Positions 20,643 through 30,189 of a stretch of DNA of 64,000 nucleotides are shown piece after piece. Numbering within the stretch: position 1 is the stretch's first letter; every line of letters begins with the position of its first letter. Source of the DNA: Chloroflexota bacterium (GTDB lineage Bacteria > Chloroflexota > UBA11872 > VXOZ01); the NCBI GenBank assembly GCA_965221905.1, contig OZ244922.1, forward strand, positions 3,040,001 to 3,104,000. Reading direction: 5' to 3'. The translations under genes and the position numbers were made by a program. A model generated the notes under the pieces. The model did no database searches and was not told the origin of the DNA. It worked only from the letters and a program-made list of their open reading frames with translations.

Positions 20643-20911
20643 CTACAGCGTGCGCTGTAACGGGCTCTGGGCGGCCCGTGCCGGAGCCACTTGAAGAGGT
20701 GGGCTTAGTAGCGGCCGCCCTGCCTATTCAATCACACAGCAGCGGCGGCACTCGACTATGCGGCAATGCAGGTACGGTTTGGTGAGAATCGCCCGCCGCA
20801 GACACGCCTCAGATAGGAATTGAAGCCTGAATGAAGTGCCGCTTTAACTCAATGAGACGCAGCGAGAGACAGTCCACAGGGGTGGTGGAACTCAAGAGAC
20901 AAGAGCGAGAC

Positions 20912-21316
20912 CTACACGTTGCACGGAATTATTTGCACTGCCACTGTGCGCCGCGGGCGCGGCCCGTCAAGCTCCACGAAGAAGACGCTTTGCCAGGTCC
21001 CCAGAACCAAACGGCCTTCATGGACCGGGATCATAAGATTGCTCCCTACGATCCCTGCGGTTAGGTGTGACCGCGCATTGTTGTCCAGGCAGTCATGCCG
21101 ATAATGAGCTTGCGGTAACAGTGCTTCCACAACGGTTTCGAAGTCCTGCTTTAGGCCATGCTCGTTCTCGTTGACAATCAAGCAAGAGGTAGTATGCAAA
21201 CAGAAGACACTGCATACACCTTCATGTATGCCGGATTCCCCTACAGCGTCGTGAAGATCGCTGGTTATGTCGAGGAGTTCAGTTGATTGTGTGGAAGCAA
21301 GAGTAATCGTCTTCAT
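20912..21316 (-). CDS. yjbQ: YjbQ / UPF0047 family protein
   Basis: HTT..LIVNENE, NARSHL and LGTWQSVFFVELDGPR. Confidence 0.9.
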   Translation of the reverse strand: MKTITLASTQSTELLDITSDLHDAVGESGIHEGVCSVFCLHTTSCLIVNENEHGLKQDFETVVEALLPQAHYRHDCLDNNARSHLTAGIVGSNLMIPVHEGRLVLGTWQSVFFVELDGPRPRRTVAVQIIPCNV

Positions 21317-21812
21317 AGCTCTAATCTCACAATACCACACGCTTCCGCACCCAAACAAAGACGCAAGGTAAGATTTCTCTCAGCTTGCTATGTGCACAGA
21401 CTCAGTCTTTTATTTCCAAATAGTCGGCCCCCCACGGAGGAAATCACAAGGAGAGATTCTTCTTCCTTACCAAAGCCGTCATTCGGCCCCGTACATTCTC
21501 TTCGACCAACGTAGTTTCGGGCGCAGTTTGTGCTCACGTGCAGGATGTTTCGCGAGCTCTTGCACACGCCTTCACTCCTGCCCGTTCATCCAGGAAGGAC
21601 GACAAGAAGTGGTCCGAAAGCCACTTCTTATGCCCTCGTTGCACTACATAGTACGAGACGTCCATCGCGACAAAGCAGTCAGGTCGCAGGCGGCCGGCTT
21701 TACTACTCCAGAATCTCAGTCCTGTCACACGGACTACTGCCACGATGGGCACTACAGGTGACGCGGCGCCGCTGTTATTCAAGACATTTGCAGAGACAAG
21801 AATGAGTCATGC

Positions 21813-24800
21813 CTACCTCCCCGCATCACTCATTCCTACAGTTCGCGACTGCGTTCGGGTAGTCGCATAAATGAGAGCGCACAACGCTGCAGACAACCAG
21901 AACCAACTTGCCAAGTCCGGCAGGAAATAGTAATTATCCAACAGCCCATGGCTCACTGCGGCGAGTTGGCTCCCAGCGAGACCAACGCCCATGGCGCGAG
22001 CCGCTCCTTCGTCGCTGCTATAGACTATGCGGTGTGTGAACAGGAAAAATCGCACGAGATAACCGACTATAAAAACAAGACCCACTATTCCAAGGCGTAG
22101 CCAAAAGTCGAGGAAGAGGTTATGGGGGTGCGAGAGGTTTGGTTCACGCCAGGCTGCCGGGTTCAAGTACTGCGCATGGACATAGAGGAAGTTGTCCAGT
22201 CCGACGCCCGTAATTGGGTAATCTGCGATCATTCGGAGTGAAGACTGCCCTTGAATTAGCCGCGTATGCGTGGTCGTGCCCGGCTCCAGACTCAGCAGCG
22301 AGCGCACGCGCTCCGGGCCGAAGGAGACGCCTCCAGCTACCAGCAGCACTGTCACCAGCACAACGCCCCCCACGATACGAACCCGTTGTCTGCCAGCCGG
22401 AATGAGCACCCAAATGATGAATAGCAGCAATACGAACCCGGCTATCCAGCCTGCGCGCGAAAAGCTGCCCAGTAGCGTGAGCGCCAGGATACCTGCAATC
22501 GGCCACGCCACCCGGGAGGGCCACAGCTTGAATATGCCTGCAGCGACCACAAAGGGCAGTGCGCGCTCCACTATCATTGCCAGATGATTTGGCGAGGGAT
22601 AGAAACCCGTAAGCCGCATCACTCCTTCCGCCCTTACCACGGAGCTGGGAGCGAGGATCGGCTCTGCGAGTGCTGCGACGGCCGCAATTACGGCCCCCGC
22701 CACAAATGCCTGTATCAACCACCAGGCCTGTTGGCGATTTTCCAAAAGCCAGCTCGCCACCAGAAACAAGAGAACCGGCACGATGATCGTCTGCCGTAGC
22801 TCACGCAGGCTAAAGACCGCGTAATGCGAAAACAGAAGGGAAACCGCCCCGATCCCGATCAGACCGATTGCCCACCATGAGAACTCGCGCCGCGGGAACG
22901 GTAAGCGCTGTTGAATGTACGCGTGCGCGATGAGCGATCCCGTAAGCAGCACCGCCAAAGTCTCGCTAACCGGCAGTGTCAGACGGCCAGCGGCGGGTAT
23001 CAGCACGGTAAAGGGCAGTGTTAGCGCTAGCACGAACAGCAGCGCACGAGGCCAAACGAGCGCACCGAGGGCGAGCAATGCCACAACCAGAATCTGTGGC
23101 CCCGTTCCCGGTGCCATCCAGAGCACCACGGACATCGCGAGGAGCAACGCAAACCTAGCCCGTTCAAATCGCCATACGCCGCTCGCGGTCCATCCCACGG
23201 CCCTCTGGAAAATCCGGTGCGCCCAGCGCCGCTGCCGCAGCCATCCGGTCAGGACCCAGCCCAACGCAGCAAAGAAACCCACGTAGAGTCCGCCCAGAGT
23301 GACATAGGGCCACAGCGGTCGTTCGCGAACCACTACCACCGCATCGATGTCTATGCCGGAGGCGCTAGACTGCGGGCTGTGCTCGCCTTTCACCACAACT
23401 TCGACGTCGTGCACGCGGTCCGGGAGTCGATCTGCCAGCAACACCTCTTCCTGCCATCGGTCCTCGGGAGCATAGAGATCAAGAATGGCCTGTCCACCCG
23501 CGTCTTTGTCCAACCGGTGTGCCAGCGACTGTGTGCCGTTGATGCGAACAAGCGCGAAGCCTTTGTCCGGCCCTTTGTTCACCACCAGCGAAACCGCAGT
23601 ACCCCGAAAGTGAAAGCGCAGGCGGGCGCCCGCCAGCGGACTGCCCCGCGCCTGACCCAACGAATAGCGTTCGTGCTCGATGTCAATCCATTCGCTCTCC
23701 CAATTGAGCGCCGGATGCGTTTCCTGATGGTAGCCGGGACCCAGGACGGGTGGCGCGCGCATCAACTCCTGCATTGCCGTAAGCACCGGCCGCGGCGCAA
23801 AGTTCGCATCCACAATGCCGAAGTACTGTGTGGGGTCATCGGGGTCGGCTTGGGCCCAATAGAAGTGCCAGAGGTTAATCATCGGCATCCACGGCCACTC
23901 AGCCTGTGCGCGCTGCATCCCCTCTACGGTATAGCGCGCCTGTGTCTCCTCCGACACATTGCCCCACGGCGAAGGCTTGCCCTGCCAGTCCGGCGGCAGC
24001 GCAACCCACCCGTACTCACCGGCCCAGACGGGTTTTGCCGCGTCGCCATTTCTCACCATAACTTCACGAAAAAGAACCGCCCGCGAGAGATTGGTGCGGT
24101 GCGGTGCGACGTAACGGTCGTCCGGGGCATGCCACAACCCATAGGCTGCGCTACTCGCCACGTCGAAGTAGGGTGCACCGCCATGCTCATACATCCCCTG
24201 CAGGAAGATAAGTTCGCTGAGGTTCTTTGGGCCGGTCTCAATGGTAGGCGCGAGTACGGCGGCGACAATAATCGCCTCCGGATTCGCCTCCCGAATCCGC
24301 TGCGAAGCAACTTTCAGCATCTCAACGTATGCCGCCGGATCCGGGTTGTGCGGCCACCATTCTCCATAGAGATTGGGCTCGTTCCAGACCTGAAAGATCT
24401 GCACGTCCCCGCGATACCGCTGCGCGAACGCATACGCGAAGTCGCCAAAGTCCTCGAGTCGCTCCGGCGGCCCTTGGTTACGCCCATCATCCGGCGGTTG
24501 GCGATTAGGATACGCCCAGGGCGGCGGCCGTTCGAGGCGGGCGATGATGGTTAGGTTGTGTTGCTTGGCCAGTGCTACCAGCCGGTCGTACTTCTTCCAA
24601 CTGCTTTCCTGCAGAAGGTCGTTCCAGTACCTGCCCTTCAGCGGGCGCTCGATGTCTTCCCAGGGAAAGACCTGCCGAATGTAGGTAAAGCCAGCTTCCT
24701 CCAAGAGCGCCATGCCGCGCTCCACTCGTTCCCAGTCCGGCTCCTGGTCGAAGCGCGTGTTGATGCCGTAGCGGTATACGGCGGCATTCTGGATCGGGTA

Positions 24801-24917
24801 AATCAAATCGCGTCCGTAGGCAACACCGGTTTCAAACCAAAAGCGGAAACCCACCAGTGCAAGCGTCGCCCCGACAAGCAAGATGAGGTAGCCAATTAAA
24901 AAGTAGAATCGCTTCAT
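21813..24917 (-). CDS. fusion: clan GH-A glycoside hydrolase (GH39/GH5-like) + beta-sandwich + O-antigen ligase (Wzy_C) domain
   Basis: QVWNEPN and VWAGEYGW catalytic-Glu motifs; C-terminal multi-TM region with RLTGFYPSPNHLA, SFSRAGW, PITGVG and HPHNLFLDFW. Confidence 0.8.
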   Translation of the reverse strand: MKRFYFLIGYLILLVGATLALVGFRFWFETGVAYGRDLIYPIQNAAVYRYGINTRFDQEPDWERVERGMALLEEAGFTYIRQVFPWEDIERPLKGRYWNDLLQESSWKKYDRLVALAKQHNLTIIARLERPPPWAYPNRQPPDDGRNQGPPERLEDFGDFAYAFAQRYRGDVQIFQVWNEPNLYGEWWPHNPDPAAYVEMLKVASQRIREANPEAIIVAAVLAPTIETGPKNLSELIFLQGMYEHGGAPYFDVASSAAYGLWHAPDDRYVAPHRTNLSRAVLFREVMVRNGDAAKPVWAGEYGWVALPPDWQGKPSPWGNVSEETQARYTVEGMQRAQAEWPWMPMINLWHFYWAQADPDDPTQYFGIVDANFAPRPVLTAMQELMRAPPVLGPGYHQETHPALNWESEWIDIEHERYSLGQARGSPLAGARLRFHFRGTAVSLVVNKGPDKGFALVRINGTQSLAHRLDKDAGGQAILDLYAPEDRWQEEVLLADRLPDRVHDVEVVVKGEHSPQSSASGIDIDAVVVVRERPLWPYVTLGGLYVGFFAALGWVLTGWLRQRRWAHRIFQRAVGWTASGVWRFERARFALLLAMSVVLWMAPGTGPQILVVALLALGALVWPRALLFVLALTLPFTVLIPAAGRLTLPVSETLAVLLTGSLIAHAYIQQRLPFPRREFSWWAIGLIGIGAVSLLFSHYAVFSLRELRQTIIVPVLLFLVASWLLENRQQAWWLIQAFVAGAVIAAVAALAEPILAPSSVVRAEGVMRLTGFYPSPNHLAMIVERALPFVVAAGIFKLWPSRVAWPIAGILALTLLGSFSRAGWIAGFVLLLFIIWVLIPAGRQRVRIVGGVVLVTVLLVAGGVSFGPERVRSLLSLEPGTTTHTRLIQGQSSLRMIADYPITGVGLDNFLYVHAQYLNPAAWREPNLSHPHNLFLDFWLRLGIVGLVFIVGYLVRFFLFTHRIVYSSDEGAARAMGVGLAGSQLAAVSHGLLDNYYFLPDLASWFWLSAALCALIYATTRTQSRTVGMSDAGR

Positions 24918-25060
24918 ATTTGGATAGTCTGCATCTGAATGCCCGCGCTCACGCGAGGCAACGGCACGCGGCATTGAACCACGAGGCGGCCGTTTGCTCG
25001 CGTGCCTATGGGCGCCTGCTGATCGACGCCGGCACTACTCCGGCCGGGAGCCTGAAGGCG

Positions 25061-26026
25061 TCAACTCGATACGTCCGCAAGCATCTCACGTTTGTACCAC
25101 TCCACGAAGCGCCCGACGCCCTCACTAAACGTGATCTTAGGTGCGAATCCAAGCAACTGCTCTGCCCGGTGAATGTCGGCATACGTCCGTGGCACGTCGC
25201 CCGGCTGCGGCGGGAGCATGATTCGCTCCGCCGTCACACCCAGCACCTTCTCAACTGTAGCGATCATGTCCCGTAAGAGCACGGGATGATTGCCGCCTAG
25301 ATTGATCACCTTGTGAGGGAATACGTTGTGCAGCGCCGCCACGACGCCATCGATAATGTCGTCAACGTACGTATAGTCCCGCCCGCTGGAACCGTCGCCA
25401 TAGAATGGGATTGGCTCATTCTGCAACAAGAGACGGACAAAGGTGTAGACTGCCAAATCTGGGCGCTGTCGCGGCCCGTGCACATTGAAGAACCGCAGAC
25501 ACGTCATTGGCAGGTCATAGTTATGTGCGTAGGCGTAGCAGTAAAGCTCCGCGGCGCGCTTGCCGGCTGCATACGGCGAGATGGTGGTACTGATTGGATC
25601 GTCTTCGGAGAACGGCACCTTGGCATTAAGACCGTACACCGATGACGACGATCCCAGAATGAACTGCTCCACGCTGAATTCCCGCGCTTGTTCCAGCACA
25701 TTGATCGTACCTTCGCCAAGCACCCGAGCATATGCTGCCGGTTCCTTAAGCGCCAGGCGCGCGTTGGCGCGCGCCGCAAGATGGACTACGCGCTCAGGTC
25801 TTGCTTCCTTGAAGACGTGGTGCAGTCCGCAGCTATCTAAAATATCCGCATCAAACAGGTGAAATCGAGGGTGGTTGTTGACCGCGGCAAGATTCCGACG
25901 CTTGCGCCGAGGATCATAGAACGAATCGAAGTTGTCCACCACGGAAACATCGTGATCTTCATGCAAGAGCCGTTCCACGAGATGCGAGCCAATGAAACCG
26001 GCCCCGCCGGTAACGAGAATCTTCAT
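25061..26026 (-). CDS. NAD-dependent epimerase (UDP-glucuronate 4-epimerase-like)
   Basis: GGAGFIG, SSSSVYG, YAAGK, RFFNVHGPRQRPDLA and PGDV. Confidence 0.9.
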   Translation of the reverse strand: MKILVTGGAGFIGSHLVERLLHEDHDVSVVDNFDSFYDPRRKRRNLAAVNNHPRFHLFDADILDSCGLHHVFKEARPERVVHLAARANARLALKEPAAYARVLGEGTINVLEQAREFSVEQFILGSSSSVYGLNAKVPFSEDDPISTTISPYAAGKRAAELYCYAYAHNYDLPMTCLRFFNVHGPRQRPDLAVYTFVRLLLQNEPIPFYGDGSSGRDYTYVDDIIDGVVAALHNVFPHKVINLGGNHPVLLRDMIATVEKVLGVTAERIMLPPQPGDVPRTYADIHRAEQLLGFAPKITFSEGVGRFVEWYKREMLADVSS

Positions 26027-26283
26027 GTTGCTTGGCTAGACTCCTGCATGACTCTACAATTTGCGCTTATTATAGCGAGGTTTGTTACAAGAGACTCACG
26101 CCGGGGCTCAGCCATGACAGCGCAATGCTTGCATCACCATCTAGAAAATGATTTTCCGTGACCACGCAAAGCTCTTGCGTGGAGGGATTGACAGAAGACC
26201 GCAAGGAGAGACCGGAGCAAACAGTCGTCCCTAAGCTCTGCCGGGCGCCCGTCACGAAGAAGACGTTCGTTCCGGAGAGGATG

Positions 26284-27426
26284 TCACACCGCAGTTGCAA
26301 GAGATTCCTGCACCGGGCTGAGAGCATGTTCAATGCGCCCGCCGCCAATCACCTCGTCGTCCTGATAGAACACCGCAGCTTGACCGGGCGCAACCGCGCG
26401 TATTGGCTGCGCGAACGCAACCTTCGCTTCCCCGTTCTCCGTCGGCTCCACGGTTGCTTCCACTTCCGCCATGCGGTAGCGGGTGCGCACGCTCACGCGC
26501 ATGGGCTCTCGCGGAGGAGTATCCGCCACCCAGTGCACGTCAACGGCCTGCAAGGCATGCGCATAGAGGTCTGCCTCTTCACCGACGAATACGGTGTTTG
26601 CTTCCGGGTCCAATGCAATAACGTAAAGTGGACGCGGCCACGTCAAGCCCAGCCCTCGGCGCTGCCCAACCGTGTAGTTTACGATACCGCCATGCTCACC
26701 CAGCACCTGTCCGTCCTTGTAGCAAATGGGGCCGGAGCGCGCGATACCGGGCTGCCAAGACTCCAAAAACTCGCGATAATTGTCACTGGTCACAAAGCAA
26801 ATCTCGAAACTATCCGGCTTATCCGCCACGTGGAGGCCGTATCGCCTTGCCAAATCTCGTGTCTCAGACTTCGATTGGCCCCCCATTGGAAACAGAGTCT
26901 GCGCCAGTTGGTGCTGACCCAGCATATAGAGCACGTAGGACTGGTCTTTCTGGGGATCGAGCGCGCGAAACAGGCGATAGCTCCCCGATTCCGCATCCTG
27001 CTGGATGCGCGCGTAGTGGCCGGTAGCGAGGTAGTCGGCGTCAAGCTCCTGCGCCCGCTTGAGAAAGGCCGCGAACTTCACGAATTGGTTGCAATCGACG
27101 CACGGGTTCGGTGTGCGACCTGCGGCGTACGAGGCGACAAATCGCGCCATCACCTCCCGCGCAAATATCTCGCGAAAGTTCAGCGAGTAGTGGGGAATGC
27201 CGATGCGGTCCGCTACCCTCTGGGCGTCGTGAGTCGCGCTCATCGAGCAGCATGCATGCAGGCGGGTATCTACCATGCCTTTCTGCCAGACATTGAGGGT
27301 AATGCCGATCACCTCATGTCCCTGGTCGGCAAGCATGGCAGCCACCACAGAGGAATCAACGCCGCCGGACATCGCGACCACGATGCGCAGCGGTTTCGTC
27401 GTTCGTGAAAATGCATTAGCTAACAT
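26284..27426 (-). CDS. mnmA: tRNA-specific 2-thiouridylase
   Basis: AMSGGVDSS, TPNPCVDCN, ATGHYAR, KDQSY and PGQAAVFY. Confidence 0.97.
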   Translation of the reverse strand: MLANAFSRTTKPLRIVVAMSGGVDSSVVAAMLADQGHEVIGITLNVWQKGMVDTRLHACCSMSATHDAQRVADRIGIPHYSLNFREIFAREVMARFVASYAAGRTPNPCVDCNQFVKFAAFLKRAQELDADYLATGHYARIQQDAESGSYRLFRALDPQKDQSYVLYMLGQHQLAQTLFPMGGQSKSETRDLARRYGLHVADKPDSFEICFVTSDNYREFLESWQPGIARSGPICYKDGQVLGEHGGIVNYTVGQRRGLGLTWPRPLYVIALDPEANTVFVGEEADLYAHALQAVDVHWVADTPPREPMRVSVRTRYRMAEVEATVEPTENGEAKVAFAQPIRAVAPGQAAVFYQDDEVIGGGRIEHALSPVQESLATAV

Positions 27427-27583
27427 AGCATATTAAGTGTAGCACACCTCCCTTGCCACTCCCTTTTGGAGACCCTTGCAAAACCGGGGCCGGAGGTTCA
27501 TAATCCCCCTCCACTGAGGAGACCATCGTATAAATTAAGTCGTAGGTAGAAGACTCCCTCAACCACTGCATATCTATCTGAAA

Positions 27584-27754
27584 CCCCTTCCCCCTTGATG
27601 GGGGAAGGCCGGGATGGGGGTGAAAGGTTGTTTGACGGCGCACAACCGCGAACTACCCACACACCTCTGGATTCCGGCTTTCGCCGGAATGACTGGTTAA
27701 TGCAAAGTTCCCTTAGAGAAAAAGGGTTAGAGCTTGCCCCGTATCGAGTACGGG
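27584..27754. repeat. cluster of three different REP-like palindromes
   Basis: CCCCTTCCCCCTTGATGGGGGAAGG.. (27584), CTGGATTCCGGCTTTCGCCGGAATGAC (27667-93) and GCTTGCCCCGTATCGAGTACGGGG (27732). Confidence 0.7.
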
Positions 27755-27921
27755 GATGAGTAGGAATCCTCGCCATTGTGCCCCGACCCCGCTCGCTTGC
27801 TCGACGTAGGCAATAGTCTTCCTTGCCGCAGACCCGCGTTCATTGGTCGCATGTGGCGCATACGCTATACTGATAGCAGCGGGAGCCAAGCACAAATATA
27901 CACACGTCCAGCACGCAGCGC

Positions 27922-28359
27922 ATGACACTCGACGTCCCAATTCGCGTTCGCTATGCCGAGACCGACGCCATGGGCGTGGCGTATCACGGGCATTACTTTA
28001 CGTGGTTCGAAGTAGCCAGAGTAGAACTTATGCGCGCGTTGGGGTTGCGGTATCGAGACCTGGAAGCGGAGGGCATCTACCTGCCGGTAGTGGATTGTCG
28101 GGCGCGCTTCCTCGCTGCCGCCCGCTACGATGCTCCCCTACAGGTGAGCACGGCCCTGATGGCGGCAACACGTGCCAAGATTGTGTTCGGCTATCAAGTG
28201 CGTGAACCTGAGGCTTCACCCGCGCTCCTCGCATGCGGCCAAACAACCCATGCGTTCACCACGCGCGTGGGCCGCGCCACGCGCCTGCCCCAAACCCATC
28301 CGCTTTGGCAGGGCATGCGCCAAGTCGCCTACATGCCTGAATTCGTATCCTTTGACTGA
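27922..28359 (+). CDS. acyl-CoA thioesterase, YbgC/4HBT family
   Basis: RVRYAETDAMGVAYHGHYFTWFEVAR. Confidence 0.9.
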   Translation: MTLDVPIRVRYAETDAMGVAYHGHYFTWFEVARVELMRALGLRYRDLEAEGIYLPVVDCRARFLAAARYDAPLQVSTALMAATRAKIVFGYQVREPEASPALLACGQTTHAFTTRVGRATRLPQTHPLWQGMRQVAYMPEFVSFD

Positions 28360-28378
28360 CCGGGAGGAACCGCCACCA

Positions 28379-28543
28379 ATGACCCCCCGCCCCCAGCGGC
28401 AGACGCCTTCCACCTTACGGCTTGCTCTCTACGCGCTCGTGCTCGTCATGCTTGTCGTAGCGTTCCTCTACGCGTACGAACTCCTTGGCGGGCCGGTCGA
28501 CGCCTTGCTGGACGCTATCGGCGACATCATCGGCCAGTTCTAA
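28379..28543 (+). CDS. small single-TM membrane protein (54 aa)
   Basis: GGGAGG SD then ATG; basic N-terminus plus one long hydrophobic helix. Confidence 0.6.
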   Translation: MTPRPQRQTPSTLRLALYALVLVMLVVAFLYAYELLGGPVDALLDAIGDIIGQF

Positions 28544-28734
28544 CATCACAAGTTGCCATCATCGCCGCAAGCGCAAGCTCTGAGGCGGCGGCTGGGCGAT
28601 GTCCTACAGGGATTGCAGAGACCTACGCTCGCCCAACGATTGAAAGAAGCCATAGCCCGCCCGTCTCAGCACTTACTGGGCAAGATGTACTCACTACGAC
28701 TCGAAAGAATGAAGGCAATACAAGGCGAGGAGGG

Positions 28735-30144
28735 CTAACTCTCCGGCACGGGCGTGGGCGGCGGCTTGGGGGTGAGGTATTCTTCGATGGCCGCCTGGGC
28801 GTTTTGCGCCGCCTCTTCTACCGACACTTGGCCGCGGGCCAAGGGCAGCGTGAGCCGACTAAAGAGCAGCCAGCTCAGTTGGGTTGCCGTGGCCAAATGC
28901 GATGGTACGCTGTGCAACAGGAGATCGAGCAACACGTCGCGCGCCACGGGGTCCAGAAGCAGCGACATGTGCGCGCCGTCCGGCTTAGCAATGTAACCCT
29001 GCGCTTCGTAAACGGCCGGTACCAGTCGCGTGCGACCGACATGATGGGCTAAGTGGAGCATTGTAGTATAGCCCACATCGCCATTCTGACTGCCCGCGGG
29101 CATGACAAGCGCCTCTTGCAGGCCCAGAGGCGTGCCGCTCCGATCTTCAGTCGGTATCACCGCCGGCATGCGGTCCGCCCGCAAGCGGCCAAAGAACGGG
29201 TTGAAAACCATCGCCGCCTGCAAGCGCTGACCGTTAACGGTGCCGCGCAAAGTATTCGAATCGACTTCCGGCCCGTGGGGCATGGCTTGATGCGTGCGGC
29301 CAATCTCCTGCCAGAACGTCAGTCCCCGCAACGCCGGCCGCTCGGTAATCTTGATAGTCCCGGTATCCAGGTCTACAGCGTCGCCGCCTTCTTGCAGGAC
29401 GAAGGGCAGCCAACCGGGTATGCGCCATTCGGAGTACCCCCAAAAGTCGATCGCAGTATCGCCGTCAACGTCACGCGTCAGCGATTTAGCAGTGAAGACG
29501 AAGTCCTCGTGGTTCCAGGTGTTCGTGGGAGCCGCTACTTTGAACTCATTGAACTTGGTGCTGTTGTACATCACCATGGCGGGCAGCACGGCTACCGGCA
29601 CGCCCATGAGCTGGCGCCGATAGCGCATGAGCTGAACCGCGCTGGGCGCAAAGGATTCAAGGACGTCACTCTCATCGGTCTGGGCATAGCGATCCAGCGG
29701 CGAGACGATTTGGTGGGTAAACGTGCGCGGGAAGTCTAGAGCGGAATGCATCCACGCGATGTCGAGCGGCACACCGCTTGCGTCACGCACCACTACGAAC
29801 TCGGTAAAGCTGTCCCGCCACGACTTATTGCTCTGGCGGGCGATTTCTACGGCCTCTAGCTGGGAGCGAGGGCTCGGACCGGGAATCTGCTCTTGATTCC
29901 AGGCGGCGATGGCATTGGTGGCCTCATTCGATATGCCTGCCAGACGTCCCATGAAGACAAACGTCAGGGTCACCAATTCGGCAGACTGCCTGCCACTGGA
30001 TGATTTGGGAGCGTCGCGAAACGGCGCTTTGCCTTCCAGTTCAGGCCGCCCAGGCGCGCGCTCCGGGCCTCCGCCGCACGCTGCCAGCGCAACCGTACTG
30101 CCGCATAGGGCGGCAAGAGCCACAACACACTCTCGTCTAGTCAT
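28735..30144 (-). CDS. extracellular solute-binding lipoprotein (family 1-like, Tat)
   Basis: TRRE signal plus LAAC lipobox; PLDRY, YNSTKF and WNHEDF..AKSLT motifs. Confidence 0.8.
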   Translation of the reverse strand: MTRRECVVALAALCGSTVALAACGGGPERAPGRPELEGKAPFRDAPKSSSGRQSAELVTLTFVFMGRLAGISNEATNAIAAWNQEQIPGPSPRSQLEAVEIARQSNKSWRDSFTEFVVVRDASGVPLDIAWMHSALDFPRTFTHQIVSPLDRYAQTDESDVLESFAPSAVQLMRYRRQLMGVPVAVLPAMVMYNSTKFNEFKVAAPTNTWNHEDFVFTAKSLTRDVDGDTAIDFWGYSEWRIPGWLPFVLQEGGDAVDLDTGTIKITERPALRGLTFWQEIGRTHQAMPHGPEVDSNTLRGTVNGQRLQAAMVFNPFFGRLRADRMPAVIPTEDRSGTPLGLQEALVMPAGSQNGDVGYTTMLHLAHHVGRTRLVPAVYEAQGYIAKPDGAHMSLLLDPVARDVLLDLLLHSVPSHLATATQLSWLLFSRLTLPLARGQVSVEEAAQNAQAAIEEYLTPKPPPTPVPES

Positions 30145-30189
30145 TTGGCATTCTCTTGTACGAAGTGCCTCCTGCCCGCTCTTCCAGTA

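Noticed and set aside
23217-24554. 445-aa plus-strand ORF
   Set aside because: Antisense shadow of the GH/ligase gene with no recognisable motifs.
26158-27408. 416-aa plus-strand ORF
   Set aside because: Antisense to mnmA.
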